The translations under genes were made by a program, and so were the position numbers. The notes under the pieces were generated by a model, which was given only the letters and a program-made list of their open reading frames with translations, did no database searches and had not been told where the DNA came from. From Octopus vulgaris (Eukaryota): 64,000 nt of DNA. The stretch spans positions 132,618,001 to 132,682,000 of the forward strand of contig OX597818.1 of NCBI GenBank assembly GCA_951406725.2. The letters run 5' to 3'. How positions within the stretch are numbered: position 1 is the stretch's first letter; every line of letters starts with the position of its first letter. This document shows positions 26,647 through 39,622 of the stretch, piece by piece.

Positions 26647-27056
26647 GCTGTGTGGTAAGTAGCTTGCTTACCAACCACATGGTTCCGGGTTCAGTCCCAC
26701 TGCGTGGCATCTTGGGTAAGTGTCTTCTGCTATAGCCCCGGGCCGACCAATGCCTTGTGAGTGGATTTGGTAGACGGAAACTGAAAGAAGCCTGTCGTAT
26801 ATATGTATATATATGTATGTGTATGTGTGTGTATGTGTTTGTGTATCTGTGTTTGTTTCCCTAGCATTGCTTGACTAGCGATGCTGGTGTGTTTACGTCC
26901 CCGTCACTTAGCAGTTCGGCAAAAGAGACTGATAGAATAAGTACTGGGCTTACAAAGAATAAGTCCCGGCGTTGATTTGCTCGACTAAAGGCGGTGCTCC
27001 AGCATGGCCGCAGTCAACTGACTGAAACAAGTAAAAGAGTAAAAGAGTAAAAGAGT
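26647..27056 (+). mobile_element. SINE family B
   Basis: Family B sequence lacking only the first few bases. Confidence 0.9.
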
Positions 27057-27089
27057 ATATATGGATATACATATATATTTAAATATATA

Positions 27090-27253
27090 GGCGCAGAGTG
27101 GTCGTGTGGTAAGTAGCTTGCTTACTAACCACAGGCCTCCGGGTTCAGTCCCACTGTATAGCAACTTGGGCAAGTGTCTTCTACTACAGCCTCGGTCTGA
27201 CCAAAGCCCTGTGAGTGGATTTGGTAGGCAGAAGCTGAAAGAAGCCCATTGTA

Positions 27254-27328
<75 letters not shown>

Positions 27329-27570
27329 GTGTGCGTGTTTGTGTGAGTGTGTATGTGTGTTTGTGACCATCTACGTTTGTCCCCCACCATCACTTGACAA
27401 CCAATGTTGCTGTGTTTACATCCCTGTAACTTAGCTGTTCGGCAAAAGAGACCGATAGAATAAGTACAAGGCTTACAAAAAATAAGTCCTGGGATGATTT
27501 GTTCGACTAAAGGCAGTGCTCCAGCATGGCTGAAGTTAAATGACTGAAACAAATAAAAGAATAAAAGAAT
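27090..27570 (+). mobile_element. SINE family B with expanded internal (TG)n
   Basis: Family B halves separated by about 100 bp of (TG)n. Confidence 0.85.
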
Positions 27571-27577
27571 ATATACG

Positions 27578-27617
<40 letters not shown>

Positions 27618-27645
27618 TATATAAGAGAGAGAGAGAGAGAGAGAG

Positions 27646-27716
<71 letters not shown>

Positions 27717-29754
27717 CATGCAGACAGATAGATAGGTAGATAGATATGTACACACATATGCAAACATATATAAATACACACATACATAAATATATATATA
27801 CATACATAAATATATATATATATGTAAATACACACATACATATATATATATATACATTCATAAATATATATATATATATATGTATAGATATATATATATG
27901 CATATATATACACACACACACATATATATATTTTTTCTCACACACACATATATATGTACAAACACACACACACACACACACATATATGTATTCATGTATG
28001 TATGTATATCTATTATACACACATACATATTTATATATATTAAGGAGAGAAATAGTGGAGGAGGAAAGAATAGAGTGAAGGTGGTTTGGGTGGGTGATGG
28101 TCAAGACAGTAGTATGAAGAAACCAGGTGGTAACTGTTGTTAGTAGTAATAGTAGTTGTCATAGTAGTTGTCATAGTAGTTGTGGTGGTATGGTGGTGGT
28201 ATGGTGGTGGTCGTGGTGATTGGTGATGTTACGGTGGTAGTGCCATTAGATAAAAAGGACAGAAGGATGGTGAGAGTAAACAACTCAATACCTAGCGATT
28301 TACTAAAAAGACTGATCTGATCAAAGACATTCCAGTAGTGACCATCCCATCATTTTTTTTTCTCTCCTATGTACTGCAGAAACCAGGATTTTTTTCGTTT
28401 TCTTTTCTTTTGAAGACCATGAATAAAATGAAGGGTATTTAGCTACTATTTCTTGAAAGTCGAACGACCAGGTAAAGTCTACTCCACCACCACCACCACC
28501 ACCACCACCATTAGAAATGCTGGATGTAGCATTAGCAATGGTTGCAGTAGAGGTGGGAGGAATGGTGGTGATAGTAGTGGGAGTGAGATACTGCAGGATA
28601 TCGATATTGATAATGATGGTGATTAGGATGGTGATGGTGATGGTGATGGTGAAAGTGCATAATTCTAGTAATAATTATGTAGGTGGGGTGGTGGGGAAGC
28701 TCTATGACGAAAGCATAGAAAATGGTGGTGGTGGTGGTGGTGGTGGTGGTGGTGGTGGTGTTGGTGTATTATATTGATATTGTTAATGATGATGAGGATG
28801 GTGGTAGTGGTGGTGGTGGTTGTTGTGGTGGTGATTGTGTTATGTTAGCATTAATAATGATGTTGTGGTGGTGGTAGTGGTGGTGGTGGTGGTAGTGGTA
28901 GTGGTGGTGGTGGTGGCGATGGTGGTAGTGGTGGTGGTGGTGGTGGTGGTGGTGGTGATAGTGGTGGTGATGGTGGTTGTAGTGGCAGTGATGTTATGTG
29001 TAATATCCCGATTGATAATGATGGTGGTGATACTGGTGGTGATGATGGTGGTGGTGGTGGTGGTGGTGGTGGTGATAGTACTGGTGATGGTGGTGGTGGT
29101 GGTGGTGGTGATAGTACTGGTGATGGTGGTGGTGGTGGTGGTGGTGGTGATAATACTGGTGATGGTGGTGGTGGTGGTGATAGTACTGGTGATGGTGGTG
29201 GTGGTGGTGGTGGTGATAGTACTGGTGATGGTGGTGGTTGTAGTTGTGATATTGATATTGATTTCGAATTTTGGCACAATGCCAGCAATTCTAGAGGAGG
29301 TGGGGGTTGGGGAGGAGTAGGTTGATTACATCCACCCCAGTGTCCACCTGGCACTTACTTTATCGACCCTACAAGGACGAAAGCTAACAATGACCGACAA
29401 AATGCTGCCAAGCATTTTACCTGGTGTGCTAACGATTATACCTGTTCACTACCCTGGGGCTGTGTATTATATTGAAATAGCTAATGATAATGATGATTGT
29501 GGTGGTGGTAGTGGTGGTGGTGGTGGTGGTGGTGGTGGTGGTGGTGGTGGTTGGTGGTGATGGTGTTTGTGGTGATGGTGGTGGTGGTGGTGGTGGTTGG
29601 GATGGTGGTGGTGGTGGTGGTGGTGGTGGTGGTGGTGGTGGTGGTGGTGATAGTGGTTGTGGTGGTGGTGTTGGTGGTGGTGGTGGTATCAATGGTGTTG
29701 ATGGTGATTGCAGTAGTAGTGGTAGTGGTGGTGGTTGGATATCGTGGTTGTGTC

Positions 29755-30115
29755 AAATTTTGGCACAAGGCCAGCAATTTCAGTAGCGGGGTATAAGTCA
29801 ATTACATCAACCCCAGTGTCCAGCTGGTACTTATTTTATCAACCCCCAAAAGGATGAAATGCAAAATCGACTTTGGGGAAAATTGAACCCAAAATATAGT
29901 CCTCCCTACTATAGGTGCAAAGCCTGAAATTTTGCGGGAGGAAACTCAGTCGATTACATTGACCCCCAATATTTCACTGGTACTTAATTTATCAAGCCCG
30001 GAAGGGCGAAATGCAAAGTCAACCTTGGTGGAATTTGAACTCAGGACGTACAGACAGACGAAATGCTGCTAAGCTTTTCACCTGGCATGCTAATGATTCT
30101 GCCATCTCGTCACCC
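29755..30115 (-). mobile_element. Two adjacent diverged family A SINE copies
   Basis: GGTACTTATTTTATC..AAGGATGAAATGCAAA and GGAATTTGAACTCAG..GCTAATGATTCTGCCA; a related piece lies at 29270-29435. Confidence 0.7.
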
Positions 30116-30959
30116 TCGTTGTGATATTAATTATTGTTAATGATAATAATTGAAGTTATAGTGTGCGATATTAGTATTAATAACGATGGTGTGGTGATGG
30201 AGGGCGTGATGATGATGACGGTTATGTATAATATCCGAATTGATAATGGTGATGATGGTGGTGGTGGTGGTGGTGGTGATGGAGGTGGTGGTGATGGTGG
30301 AGGTGGTTGTGGTGGTGGTTGTGGTGGTGGTGGTGGTCGTGATGGTGGTGGTGGTGGTAGTGCTGGTGGTGGTGGCGGTGGTGGTGGTGGTGGTGGTTGT
30401 GGTGGTTGTGGTGGTGGTGGTGGTTGTGGTGATGGTGTTTGTGGTGATGGTGGTGGTGGTGGTGGTGGTGGTGGTGGTGGTGGTGGTGGGTGGTGGTGGT
30501 GGTGGTGGTGGTGGTGGTGGTGGTGGTGGTGGTGGTGGTGGTGGTGGTGGTTGTGGTGGTGGTGTTTGTGGTGATGGTGGTGGTGGTGGTTGGGATGGTG
30601 GTGGTGGTGGTGGTGGTGGTGGTGGTGGTGGTGGTGGTGGTGGTGGTGGTGGTGGTGGTGGTGGTGGTTGTGATGGTGATGGTGGTGGTGTTGATGGTGG
30701 TGATGGTGGTTGTTTGTGATATCCATAATAGTTAGCAGCAATGGTAAGGTGACGAGCTGGCAGAATTATTAACATGCCAGACAAAATGCTTCGCGGCATT
30801 TCCTCCGAATATTTGCGTTTTGAGTTCAAATTCCACCGTGGTGGACTTAACCTTTCATCCTTTCAGGTTCAATAATATAAAGTACCAGACTAACACTGGG
30901 GTTAGCATAATCAATTAGTCCCAACCAAACCAAGATTACAAAAAAAAAAAAAAAAAATT

Positions 30960-31119
30960 AGTGGCTGTGTAGTAATAAATTAGCTTCCCAACCACATGGT
31001 TCTGGGTTCAGTCACATTGCGTGGTACCTTGGGCAAGTGTTTTCTATGGTATATCCAGGGTGACTAAAAAAGCCTACCTTGAGAGTATATTTTGGTAGAT
31101 GGAAACTGAAAGAAGCCTG

Positions 31120-31188
<69 letters not shown>

Positions 31189-31235
31189 CATATATATATG
31201 TATGTATGTATATATATATGTATATGTATATACAC

Positions 31236-31276
<41 letters not shown>

Positions 31277-31388
31277 TGCATATGCATACATATATATATA
31301 CAAAGAAAGAGAGAGAGAGAGAGAGGTAGAGAGAGAGAGAGAGGTAGATAGATAGAGAGATAGATAGATATAGATATGTATAAATATG

Positions 31389-31477
<89 letters not shown>

Positions 31478-31812
31478 TAGATATAGATATGTGTGTGTGT
31501 GTGTGTGTGTGTATGTGTGTTTGTATGTGTGTCCTTATGCATACATGTGTACGTCTATATGTGTCTTTGCGTGTGTGTTTGTCCACCTACCCCCACTACT
31601 GCTTGACAACCGGTGTTGGTACGTTTACATCCATATAACTTAGCAGTTCAGCAAAAATAAAAAATAAAAAACTGATAGCTTAAGTAGCAGACTTAAAAAA
31701 CAAAAAATAAAATAAAGTAAGTACTGTGGATCAATGTGTTTGACTAAAATTCTTCTTCAAGGCATTGCCCCAGCATGGCCACAGGCTAATGACTGAAACA
31801 AGTAAAAGATAA
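30960..31812 (+). mobile_element. SINE family B, diverged, with ~450 bp internal compound microsatellite
   Basis: 5' half ends GAAAGAAGCCTGTC at ~31121 and the 3' half resumes at GCTTGACAACCGGTG at ~31601. Confidence 0.75.
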
Positions 31813-32755
31813 AATGATAAAAAATGATGGTGGTGTCATGGTGAAGAAGGATGGTGTGGCATGATGCTGTATCATACGTGTATTTTATAACTGTAATAGT
31901 GGCAATAGTTGTGTGTGATATTGATACTGATAATGATGATAGTGATTGTGGTTGTGGTGGTGGTGGTGGTGGTGGTGGTGATACTGGTGGTTGTGTGCGA
32001 TATCAGTATTGATAATGATAGTGGTGGTGATGGTGGTGGTTGTAATGGTAATCAAGGTGGTATGGTATGGTATGGTATGGTGGGCAGTAGTAATATTAGT
32101 ATGAATAATGATGGCAATGGTTGTCATGGTGGTGGTGGTGGTGGTGGTGGTGGTTTGATTTTAGTAATGGTAATCAAGATGGTATGGTATGGTATGGTGG
32201 GAAGTAGTGTGATATTAGTATTGATAATGATGGCAATAGTTGTCAAGATTGTTATGATGGAAGTGGTGGTGGTGGTGGTGTAAGTGGTGGCAGCAGTGAT
32301 GGTGATGGTGGTGATGATGGAAGTGGTGGTGGTGGTGGTGTAAGTGGTGGCAGGTGGTGATGGTGGTGGTGGTGGTGGTGGTGATGATGGTGGTAGTGAT
32401 GGTGGTGGTGGTGGTGTAAGTGGTGGCAGCAGTGATGGTGATGGTGGTGATAATGGTAGTGGTGATGATGGTGGTAGTGATGGTGGTGGTGGTGATGGTG
32501 GTGATGATGGTAGTGGTGATGGTGGTGATGATGGTAGTGGTGGTGGTGGTGATGATGGTGGTGATGGTGGTGGGGGTGGTGGTGGTGGTGGTGGTGGTGG
32601 TGACGGTGGTAGTATGCAATGCTAGTATTGATACTGGTGGTGATAGTTGTGGTGGGCAGTGGTGATACAATATTAGTATTGATAATGATTCTAGTGGTAG
32701 TGGTGGTGGGCGTGGTTAGTGGTGTGGGGTGGCAGTTATAATGACTGTTATAATA

Positions 32756-32788
<33 letters not shown>

Positions 32789-33669
32789 ATAATATGATGA
32801 TGATGATGGAGGTGGGGTGGGGTGGTGGTAGTGACAGATATTGTTGTGGTGATAGCGGTGGAGGTGCCGTTCTGTGATGTAGCTGGCAGTGGGGACAGTG
32901 GTGGTGGTGGTGGTGGTGGTGACAAGAGTAATGGCAATGATGGTGGTGATGCGGATGAAGAAGATGGCGATAGCAGCTGCAGGAGGAGATTATTTTGGAA
33001 GAGATATTTGAGGCATATGTTTTATGGTTAGGTGGTGGTGGTGGTGAGGTGGTGGTGGTGGTGGTGGTAGTGGTGGTGGTGGTGATATTAGCGGTAGTAA
33101 TATTTGTAATAGGGGTGTTGTTGGTGTTTGTGATGTGATGGTGTGATGGTGGTGGTGGTGGTGGTGGTGGTGGTGGTGGTGGTGGTGGTGGTGGTGGTGG
33201 TGGTAGTATTAGTGGTATCACTAATGGTGGCAGTGGTGTTTGTAGTATTAGTAATGGTGGTGATGATGGTAGTTCTGGTGATATTAGTGGTGGTGGTGGT
33301 GGTGTTGGCGGTTCTAGAGGTGGTAGTTGTTATGGTGGCAGTGGTGTTGATGGTATTGTTACTGCTACTGTTGCTGTTGGTAGTAATGGTTGGTGTGGTG
33401 GTGGTGGTGATGGTAGTGGTGATGGTGATGGTGGTAGTGGTGATAGTGGTTTTGACGGAGGTGGTGGTATTGGTGGCAGTGAAGATGGTGGTGGTGGTAT
33501 TGGTGGCAGTGAAGATGGTGGTGGTGGTGGTGGTGGTGGTGGTGGTGGTGGCGGCGGTGGTACTGGTAGCAGTAGTGGTGGTGGTGATGGTGGTGGTGGT
33601 GGTGGTGGTGGTGGTTTTGTTTCATGACAATAATAGAGGGTGAAAATGAACTGTTAATAGTGCTGATCT

Positions 33670-33724
<55 letters not shown>

Positions 33725-33734
33725 TGTTGTTGTT

Positions 33735-33791
<57 letters not shown>

Positions 33792-34814
33792 TTGATAAGT
33801 TGTCTAACCCATTCCCCCATCCCCAGGACAATACTGATCAGGCAGACACTATGGTCGTAGGCATTCCAGCTATGACCATCCTGCAGTTTTAGGATTACAC
33901 TTAGGACTACATTATCTAACATGTCCTTCCCTTTTTTATTCACTAAGTCAGTACAGAGTGATTTAAGGGATCATAGCTGCTGTTTCTAGCTAGTGAAATG
34001 ACTATATAGAGACTTTCTCAGTGGGTCAAAGTTGCTAGTTATGGTGGAGGAGGCATTGGCGGTGGTGGTGGTGATGGTGGTGAGGTGGTGGTGGTGCTGG
34101 TGGTGCTGGTGGTGGTGATGGTGGTGGTGGGTGGTAGTGGTGAGAATGATGGTGGTGATGTTGGCATCGTTGTTGGTGTTGGCGCTGGTGTTGGTGCTGG
34201 TGTGGAGATAGAATTGGTGGCGATGGTGGTTGTAGCAGAGGTGGTGGTAGTGGAGGTGGTGATGACGATGGTCATGGTAGAAGTAACACTGGCTGTAGTG
34301 GTGGCACTGGTGGTAGTGTTGGTATTAGTGGTGGATGGTGGTTGTGGTGGTGGTGATGGTGTTGGCAGTGGTGCTGTAGTATAATTGGTGACGGTGCCAG
34401 TGGTAGTGTTGGTATTAGTGATGGAAGTGTTGGTATTGGTGGTGTTGGTAGTAGCGGTGGTGTTGTTGGTAGTGGTGGTGGTGGTACTAGATGTAACAGT
34501 GCCTGATTGCAGTTGATGTTGATGCTGTTCTTGTTTCATCTCCAGATCTGTCCTGAAGGATGTAATCTTAAGTTCAAAAGCATTGTAACTGTGACCATCC
34601 TATCTTTGGCAGCAGCAGCAGCAGTGGTAGTAGTAGTAGTAGTAGTAGTAGTTGTAGTAGTTGTAGTAGTAATAGTAGTAGTAGTAGTAGCAGCAGCAGC
34701 AGCAGTGGCAGCAATAGTAGTTATTGACATAACCAAGATGATGATTACAGAGGTGGTATTGGCCATGGTGTAGTGGACACATTTTGCAGCAGAAATGATG
34801 ATGGTAGTAGTAGT

Positions 34815-34909
<95 letters not shown>

Positions 34910-35203
34910 CAGCAGCAGCAGTAATAGTTATTGAAGTAATAGCCGTAGTAGTCATGTTGATACTTAAATCCACTGATGGTAGTAACAGTAGTAGTAGTAG
35001 TAGTAGCAATAGTGGTTGTCATAGTGGTGGTGGTGGTGGTGGTGGTGATGGGGAGTTGTGGTGGTAGGGGTGATATTGATGATGGGAATGGCAATAGTGA
35101 TGGTGGTGATGGTAAAACTAGTAGTAATAGCTATCATCAAAGTAGTAGTAGCAGCAGCAGCAGCAGTAGTAGTAGTAGCAGCAGCAGCAGCAGTAGTAGT
35201 AGT

Positions 35204-35251
<48 letters not shown>

Positions 35252-35547
35252 GGTGGTGGTGGTGGTGTTGGTAGTTGTTAAAGTACTACTAACTACCATG
35301 GTTGTAGTAGTTGGTAGTAATAGTAGTTGTCATAGTAGTGGTGGTGGTATGGTGGTGGTCGTGGTGATTGGTGATGTTACGGTGGTAGTGCCATTAGATA
35401 AAAAGAACAGAAGGATGGTGAGAGTAAACAACTCAATACCTAGCGATTTACTAAAAAGACTGACAGATATCTTCCAAACTTTTAAACATTGGAGGGAAAG
35501 GATGTCGTTGTTGTTGTTGTTGTTATTGTTGTTAGTGACGACAGTAG

Positions 35548-35582
<35 letters not shown>

Positions 35583-35585
35583 CAA

Positions 35586-35620
<35 letters not shown>

Positions 35621-35634
35621 AGTGTAGTAGTAGT

Positions 35635-35666
<32 letters not shown>

Positions 35667-35693
35667 TAGTAGTAGCAGCAGCAGCAGCAGTAT

Positions 35694-35725
<32 letters not shown>

Positions 35726-35942
35726 AGTGTAGTAGTAGCAGCAGCAGCAGCAGTAGCGATAGTAGTAATAGTAGTTATTGTTGTGGCATGGGTGGTGGTG
35801 GTGGTGGTGGTGGTGTTAATGATGATGATGATGTAGTAGTAGCAGTAGTAGTAGTAGTAGTGGATGTGGTGGTAGTAGTGGTAGGTGGTGGTGGTGGTGG
35901 TGGTGGTGGTGTTGCTGTTGTCTGTTGTTTTTTTTTAGGGGA

Positions 35943-35977
<35 letters not shown>

Positions 35978-36565
35978 ACTGTTGTTTGATGTCTGGCGCA
36001 TTCTTGGTGCTGTCAGTAGTGTTGTTGTTGTTATTGTTGTTGTTGTTGTTGTTGTTATTGCTATTGGTGTTGTTGTCGACTGTTGTTTGTTGTTGTTGTT
36101 GTTGTTGTTGTTGTTGATGGTTCTGACAGTGATGGTGCTACTGATAATGTTGTCAATGTTATTTGGTGGTGCTGTTATGGTTTGGCAATGTTCTTGCCAT
36201 TGCAGTTGTTGTAGTTGTTGTTTTTTTTGGTGGTGGTGGTGTTGGTGCTGGTGGTGTTGGTGGTGGTGGGGCGTGGGGTGGCATTAGTGATATTGTTGAT
36301 AATATTTTCATTGTTGTTTGGTACAGTTATTATTTTCATTGTTTGTTGTTGCAGTTGGTGTTGTTGTTGTTGTTGTTGTCGTTTTACTGATGTCCTTGAA
36401 GTCCGTTGAAGTCTTTCCTGCTATAATTTGTTATTGATATTGTTGTTCAGGCTGTTGTTGTCATTGCTGTCATCATCATCATCATCATCGTCATCATCAT
36501 CATCACCCTTGTCATCATCACCATTGTCATCGTCATCATCATCATCATTGTCATCATCACCATTG

Positions 36566-36610
<45 letters not shown>

Positions 36611-36631
36611 CCCTTGTCATCATCACCATTG

Positions 36632-36679
<48 letters not shown>

Positions 36680-36700
36680 CCCTTGTCATCATCACCATTG

Positions 36701-36758
<58 letters not shown>

Positions 36759-37157
36759 TGTCATCATCAGCATCACCATTGTCATAATCATCATCAACAC
36801 CACCACCACTGTTGTCATCATCACCATTGTCATCATCATCGTCATCATCACCATTGTCATCATCATCGTTATCGTCGTTGTTTTGTCATCATCATCATTG
36901 TCATCATTGTCGTCATCATCATCATTGTCGTCATCATCATCATTATCGTCGTCATCGTCGTCGACGTCATTGTCATTGGTGTCATCATCATCATTATCAT
37001 CATCATCATCATCATACACATCTTCATCAACATTATCATCTTCATCGTCATCGTCATCGCCGTCATCATCACCATCATCATCATCATCATCATCACCTTC
37101 ATCATCATCACCATCATTATCATCATCATTGTCGTCGTCATCATCATTACATACGTC

Positions 37158-37208
<51 letters not shown>

Positions 37209-37281
37209 GTCGTCGTCACCATCATCACCATCATCATACACATCTTCATCAACATCATCATCATAATCGTCGTCGTCGTCG

Positions 37282-37314
<33 letters not shown>

Positions 37315-37657
37315 CCATCATGGTGATCATCGCCGTCATCATCACCACCAACATTGTTGTTGTTCTTGTCACTGTTGTAATAGCAATCTTCACTGCAGCT
37401 GTCTTTGTTGTAATTGCTGTTGTTGTTGTCATCGTTGGTGTTATTATTCTTCTTCTTCTCAATATTCTTGTATAATGGTATCTTCGGTGTTTTTATTCTC
37501 TTTAGTCAGGTCCTTTGTTATTACTGCTCTTGTCGTCTTGTTGTTGTTGTCGTTGTTGTCATCACCATCATTACTTCCTTGATGTCATAGATGTTTGTCG
37601 TTGTTGATGTCATTTCTTTACTCAACGTTATTACCATTATTATTATTATCATTATTA

Positions 37658-37700
<43 letters not shown>

Positions 37701-37741
37701 TATTATTACTATTGTTATTATTATTATTATTATCATTATTA

Positions 37742-37787
<46 letters not shown>

Positions 37788-37901
37788 TATTATTACTATT
37801 GTTATTATTATTATTATTATCATTATTATTTATTATTATTATTATTATTTTTATTATTATCTATTATTATTACATTATTATTATTATTATTATCATTATT
37901 A

Positions 37902-37950
<49 letters not shown>

Positions 37951-37983
37951 CATCACTATCATTATCAATATCATTATTATTAA

Positions 37984-38028
<45 letters not shown>

Positions 38029-38051
38029 CATTATTATTATTATCATTATTA

Positions 38052-38106
<55 letters not shown>

Positions 38107-38330
38107 CATTATTATTATTATTATCATTATTATTATTACTTTTATTATTATTATTATTATTACTTTTATTATTATTACCTTTATTATTATTATTATTATT
38201 ATTATTATACTTTTATTATTATTATTATTATTATTATGATTATTATTATCATCATTATTATTATTATCATTAATATTATTATCAACATTATTATTATCAT
38301 TATTATTACTTTTATTATTATCATTATTAC

Positions 38331-38364
<34 letters not shown>

Positions 38365-39580
38365 TTCTTGTCTTTGTCAACGGTGTTTTAAAGTCATCCT
38401 TGGTTTTGCTGTTGTTGTTGTCATTGTTATTGTCGTCTTCGGTGTTCTTATTATTTCATTAGTGTTTCTGATGTTGTCATTGCTGCTACTTTAGTTGTAA
38501 TAGTTGTTGTTGTTGTTGTTGTTGTTGTTTGAATTTTTGATAGAAAAAATGTTGATGGAAGCTAAAAAAACAAAATTCGAAATACCAAGAAAAATGTAAA
38601 TAAATAAATATAAGGAAACAAAAAAAAACATTTTAAAAATTTGAGAGGAGGGGATAAAATGGTGATTACAAGGGAACCAGTGTAACTACAAGATGAGGAG
38701 GAAGTGGAGGAGGTAGAGGAGGAGGAGGGAGGAGGAGGAGGAGAAGAGAGGAGGAGAAGAAGAGAGGAGGAGGAGTAGAAGATGAAGAAGAAGAAGAAGG
38801 AAGGAGGAGGAGGAGGAGTAGAAGATGAAGAAGAAGAAGAAGAAGAAGAAGGAGAAGGAGAAGAAGGAGAAGATGAAGAAGAAGAAGAAGAAGAAGAAGG
38901 AGAAGAAGAAGAAGAAGAAGAAGAAGAAGAAGAAGAAGAAGAAAGAAGGAGAAGAGGAGAAGAAGAAGAAGGAGAAGAAGAAGAAGAAGAAGAAGAAGAA
39001 GAAGAGAGAAAGAAAGAGAGAAAGAAAGAAAGGAAAAGAAGATGAGAAAGAAGGGGAAGAAAAATGAAGGAGGTTGTGGAAGAGAAGATGAAGAAGAAGA
39101 AGGAGAAGAAGAAGAAGAAGGAGAAGAAGAAGAAGAAGAATGCATAGGAGGGGAAGAATGAGAAGGAGAAGAACAAAAATGAAAGCGAGAAGCAAAAAAA
39201 AGTCAAGAGAAAGCAGCAAAGGTAGGTGAGAGGCATGTTACGGACAGCATCTCACACCCACCTCACCCACCCCCACTCCTACAATCCCCCCCCCCGTCAC
39301 CACCACCGCCACTACAATTACCTAACAGCCCGCCAGTACCCAAGGAAAAAACCAAAAATAAAAGAGAAACCCCCCCCCCCCGTCTGATGTCTGTTGTTGT
39401 CTCCTTGTATTTTTGTAGCTGAGTGTCCATAAGCACTGCCTTGTGTACTGTACTGTGGAAACTGTACTGATGGCGTTAGTGTCGTGTATAGTTGACTGAT
39501 CCAGACTAGAAACACAAGCGGGGTGGGGGTGGGGCAGTGGGAAGGGGGATGGGGAATCGGGGTGGGGTGGGGGTACTTTC

Positions 39581-39622
<42 letters not shown>

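Noticed and set aside
35975-36430. Mucin-like Thr/Asn-rich minus-strand text after a possible acceptor
   Set aside because: Stops and frame changes every few tens of codons; explained by degenerate (AAC)n.
36428-39236. Poly-Asp/Ser/His/Ile/Glu/Lys ORFs
   Set aside because: Trinucleotide microsatellites open in several frames with no domain content.
39430-39485. pre-miRNA-like hairpin
   Set aside because: Manual pairing leaves several mismatches and a bulge, and I recognise no known mature miRNA.
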